A stretch of 26,623 nt of DNA, taken from the IMG/VR virus record IMGVR_UViG_3300017958_000052. One strand, 5' to 3'. The notes under the pieces were generated by a model. It was not told where the DNA came from and did not search any database. It saw only the letters and a program-made list of their open reading frames with translations. Of the stretch, positions 23,901-26,623 are shown in pieces. Position numbers and translations under genes: made by a program. The first letter of the stretch is position 1. Each line of letters begins with the position of its first letter. Origin of the DNA: a virus.

Positions 23901-26623
23901 ACACGCAATTTATGATACATGCCATCCTTGGAATGTGGTCTTTCAAACAGATATTTTTGGAACGGTAAAATATATTAGTGATATGACTAAGGAAGACTTT
24001 GAGTTTGCCTATAAGGCTTGGAGTTACTACGAGGCAACTGGTGTTACAAATCCGTATAACCTCGATCCTGCTCTTTATCCAGATGCGCCGTTTGCAAAAG
24101 AATACAATATAGCTATTGCGGCAGGAACTCCTATCCCAAATACACCAGCGCAGGCGCATGGATATAATTTTGGAAACGGCATTTCACAACCGGCAAAAAT
24201 TTTAGACATCACCGATAGTTACGATTTTGATAATGGACAGAGACCAGGCGTACTTAAACTTGGGCAGGCCAGACTGAAACCAAGAGAAACTATTTGTGCT
24301 GGTAGACCTGTAGTTGTTTATGATTATTTTTCACATAGTTCAGGAGATTATGCTTCTGTAAACTCATATGGAAATGTTGATTATAGAAGCATTCCAAAAT
24401 TTGAAGGTAATTTTTTAACAGATGTTCTTGATTTTAGACCCGCTGTTACAGCCACAACTAACCCTGATAAAGTTTTTTTGAAAGTTGGAGAAACAGCAAA
24501 TAACGTATATTTTCCTATAAATGAAACGACAGTTATTACTGATTATCGTCAATATCTGCCAAGGAAAGATAAAGTAATATTGACCAAGAACGGTCAATTT
24601 GAAGTTATTTATGGTGCTTCTTCTATGAGTCCGCAATATCCAAAAGACCCAAGTGAAGGTATGGTTTTATTTAAATTGTCAAACAGACCATTCACTTTAA
24701 GTCCAAAAGATATTATCATAGAAAAAGTTGAAAATAAACGATACACGATGCGAGATATCGGAAAACTTGAAAAAAGAATTAACACATTAGAATACTACAC
24801 TACACTTTCTTTGCTCGAAAAAGAAACAAAAGATCTAGTTATTTTGGATGAAAATGGTTTAGACAGATTTAAAAATGGATTTATTGTTGAGCCGTTTGTA
24901 GGTCATGGCATTGGTGATGTTTTCGATCCCAATTACTCTATTGCAGTTGATGGTAAAAAACGTCTTATGAGACCAAAGGGTGATGAAAGAAATGTCAATA
25001 TGGTTTTGACAGATGTTGTTTCTAATAATTATGAAATGCACAATGGACAAATTTATCTACCTTTCGCTGGTCAAAGTGTAGTCGCCCAAAATACAGTTTC
25101 GTCAAAATATGTAAATCCAAATCCATTTGCAGAGGCAATGTATAAGGGCAATCTAATTTTATCTCCAAGTTCAGATGATTGGAGAGAAGTTGATAGAAGA
25201 CCAGATTTGGAAATTAATAGAGATAATATGTTTGATAACTTTGAATTCCTTGCAAACGAAATGGGGATTTTGGGCACACATTGGAATTCTTGGCAAACAA
25301 CAAATGTAGGCGAGGAAATAGTAAGTAGGGTAGAAAATGAAAGAGATGAAAATTGGAACACACTTACTTGGGAAGATAGTGTTACTGAATCATTTAATAT
25401 TTTAACGGATCAGGAAAGAACGGGTAGACGAGTTGACCTCAATTCTTCTATTGTTACTGATAGTTTTGGTGATAGAATGATCAGTACTGAGATTATACCT
25501 TTTATGAGAGAAAAAAGAATTTTCTTTACTGGCTCTGGTATGAAGGAAACTACAAAACTTTATGCAACATTTGATGGTATTGATGTGTCTGAATTCTGCA
25601 CACCAATTGATGAAGTTGTCGTAGACTCATTAGGTCAAACTGCTCTTGAAATATTAGGACAGGGTGTAACTGATTCTAGACCAAACGGAATGCTTTTTGA
25701 TTTTATTAATAGACAATTAGGGGTGGCCAGACTTGTTGGATTAACTAGTGGCGCCGAAAGAATTGTGTATGGAGTAGAATATGTTTCTACAAATAGTTTA
25801 AGATTCTTTACTACTAGAACTGATGAACCATTGGAGGGGATTGATTTCCAAGGAACTGACCCAAATGCTGGGGAACCTATGCAACTAACTATTAGAGGTG
25901 GGGAAGGGTCTGTACTCCAAGGCGATCTCTCCATGCCTGTTGGTAGATTTTTGTCAGAATTTGATAGTCCAACATTAAGAACTAATAGTAATGGAGTTAT
26001 TCGTGGTTTCTTCGATTTACCATCCTCGGATAACATTAGATTTAGAGTCGGAGAAAAAGAATTCAGATTGTCTGATCAGCCAACTCCAAATTCTACTGAT
26101 GTTGGTACTGAGGCATCTGCGATGTTTGCTGCTTCTGGATTTATCGACACTAAACAAGAAACTTTTGTAAACACGAGGGTTCCTAATTTTACCAATACAG
26201 CTTTAAGTGATAATAGAACTCTTATTGAAAATGATACCAGAAGAGTTATTACTGGAAATGGAACTTTACCGGCTCCAGTTCAGGAAACTGATAGCGGCTC
26301 TGATGGCAGAGGCTCTGATGGCAGAGGTGCACTCGCGGCAGCTGCCACGTTTTTCTTTTTCTTTGACCCAATTGCACAAACTTTTGAGTTGGATTCGACA
26401 GAAGCAGCTGGGGGATGTTATCTTTCATCAATTGATTTGTTTTTCCAAAGAATTCCAACAAAGGATCTTACTCCAATTAGAGTAGAATTGAGAAATGTTG
26501 TTAATGGATATCCTGGCCAAATGATTATTGGGGAAGCGGCAGTATTAGAACCAGCTTGGGGGGTTGAAATTGATGAAACGACCGGTGAAGCTTCATATGT
26601 TGGTCAAAAAATATTTACATCAG
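20986..26623 (+). CDS. Large DUF4815 / VrlC-like virion structural protein (3'-truncated, >1879 aa, not in ORF track)
   Basis: Frame 1 read codon by codon from ATG 20986 to the window end with no stop. Motifs NITPYYDDY...LFRPG.SVQARELTQ.Q.ILQNQ, APGADR, LARRTFEESGNYTV.PF, GKAYVQGY, DNGQR, DVLDFRP, NKRYTMRDIGKLEKRI..LEYYT.LSLLE, DRFKNGF.V, DPIAQTF. Confidence 0.92.
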   Translation, partial: MATNFNITPYYDDYDIEKSYLRILFRPGHSVQARELTQTQTILQNQVSKMANHFFKEGAMVVPGAPSVDLAADFIKIDFNSANSYNTPQDFVGRTVVGGTTGIRALVVHAESKTGTTSSDDPDTLYLKYQSGVSDVSSTNFTAISDGGTTYTTQAEALAAFNLEIGSNSKFLPGEVIKTVIEPNKSTYECQVRPLSERPTGLGCLALIEDGIYYVQGFMTIVAAQTIALDKYTNLSTYKVGLEVIEDIVTSSTDNSLLDNAQGTTNFQAPGADRYRMRLNLVKRAIDSKDTSNFVLLIELKNGVLKSFTNSTEYSVIEDTLARRTFEESGNYTVKPFQLEVKNLFNENGNRGVKTMASYEFATELDAKEYARNNFADYTGMVNSVTKEGYAHVITNTDLTAYPDQGLDTTGTKYYPGRTHQNLLDALRANMDLGIDSGKAYVQGYRINTIGKTHINYKRALDEKQENNVRLPVNLGNYIYVSDLMSLPKINDRAILVNTTWYQGNTYYYNTTTNGFVTTSDTTSELWPDTNAITTANIHQIDVVGTAKIKSIEYYAGDFENDYEKSLFATSGTITSPGSLPQGTNLIYKVYLYDVEFRTPEYVDAYTGLKKDRYSWEDVRGIAGTEYISQSSGNTSNLKPNFTGSVLSQYKLYNASAVVSGIDKKIIKSKDRPPSSSLPASLGIVYHTSEDNNILVKTLGYGNTVGTNAGFNSILTSNERIAFEDEVRSELSLTAQIYSHQNVFETGGSNIVKTGSKFVSSLRNVDEQTGSITNDTTYTLLKEYTASVTNQAATIVTSNLNESFYPIWSDSNDGYQIYTKTSGGATPTYGEIIDNQPKLSDTEFAGNIEVSFNSAVGNREITIEQIPLGISQIVLLAPTVISVPQEKTKTLVLGQVDLPYSLLDSSSGADLTKPTNPETITPTIMETDDKFGAEGDAIGTLGNSFNGTFSDANSVSYSLDYLQLKNSDISKLHAIYDTCHPWNVVFQTDIFGTVKYISDMTKEDFEFAYKAWSYYEATGVTNPYNLDPALYPDAPFAKEYNIAIAAGTPIPNTPAQAHGYNFGNGISQPAKILDITDSYDFDNGQRPGVLKLGQARLKPRETICAGRPVVVYDYFSHSSGDYASVNSYGNVDYRSIPKFEGNFLTDVLDFRPAVTATTNPDKVFLKVGETANNVYFPINETTVITDYRQYLPRKDKVILTKNGQFEVIYGASSMSPQYPKDPSEGMVLFKLSNRPFTLSPKDIIIEKVENKRYTMRDIGKLEKRINTLEYYTTLSLLEKETKDLVILDENGLDRFKNGFIVEPFVGHGIGDVFDPNYSIAVDGKKRLMRPKGDERNVNMVLTDVVSNNYEMHNGQIYLPFAGQSVVAQNTVSSKYVNPNPFAEAMYKGNLILSPSSDDWREVDRRPDLEINRDNMFDNFEFLANEMGILGTHWNSWQTTNVGEEIVSRVENERDENWNTLTWEDSVTESFNILTDQERTGRRVDLNSSIVTDSFGDRMISTEIIPFMREKRIFFTGSGMKETTKLYATFDGIDVSEFCTPIDEVVVDSLGQTALEILGQGVTDSRPNGMLFDFINRQLGVARLVGLTSGAERIVYGVEYVSTNSLRFFTTRTDEPLEGIDFQGTDPNAGEPMQLTIRGGEGSVLQGDLSMPVGRFLSEFDSPTLRTNSNGVIRGFFDLPSSDNIRFRVGEKEFRLSDQPTPNSTDVGTEASAMFAASGFIDTKQETFVNTRVPNFTNTALSDNRTLIENDTRRVITGNGTLPAPVQETDSGSDGRGSDGRGALAAAATFFFFFDPIAQTFELDSTEAAGGCYLSSIDLFFQRIPTKDLTPIRVELRNVVNGYPGQMIIGEAAVLEPAWGVEIDETTGEASYVGQKIFTS
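26296..26327 (+). repeat. In-frame 15-nt tandem duplication (GGCTCTGATGGCAGA x2 + GG; GSDGR GSDGR G)
   Basis: Exact direct repeat visible in the sequence. Confidence 0.9.

Noticed and set aside
26347-26364. TTT TTC TTT TTC TTT as a second frameshift site
   Set aside because: The in-frame heptamers are G_TTT_TTC and C_TTT_TTC, not X_XXY_YYZ, and the zero frame continues straight into the conserved DPIAQTF motif.
23436-26485. Short - strand and off-frame ORFs listed over 23.4-26.5 kb
   Set aside because: All lie within the continuous DUF4815 frame starting at 20986, which carries the conserved motifs.
1-26623. Stop-codon reassignment, introns, inteins or homing endonucleases
   Set aside because: Genes end on TAA, TAG and TGA at expected positions and tile the window without interruption. 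No HNH, GIY-YIG, LAGLIDADG or intein motifs were seen; gp4's nuclease fold is the normal head-completion gene.

Overview
AT-rich, gene-dense segment of a T4-like myovirus genome with the gene content typical of aquatic (cyanophage/pelagiphage-type) T4 relatives. It opens with the 3' part of gene 32 (ssDNA-binding protein), a ~180-nt non-coding gap and a terminator hairpin. A leftward late block follows: gp4, gp2, gp54-like, gp26, a short gp51-like frame, a tape-measure-like protein and three small membrane proteins. A rightward baseplate block diverges from it: gp48, gp53, gp27-like hub, two tandem gp5 paralogues, gp25, gp6, a 1635-aa gp7, gp8, and a >1879-aa DUF4815/VrlC-like virion protein that runs off the window and is absent from the ORF track. 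T4-type TATAAATA late promoters lie in several intergenic gaps. Best leads: (1) a probable programmed -1 frameshift joining gp26 to the gp51-like frame, placed like lambda G/GT upstream of a tape measure gene; (2) a duplicated gp5 spike gene, one copy with and one without lysozyme, with oppositely charged beta-helix tails; (3) a candidate structured RNA after gene 32; (4) lectin-like modules inserted in wedge proteins. All product calls rest on motif recognition from memory; no database searches were run.
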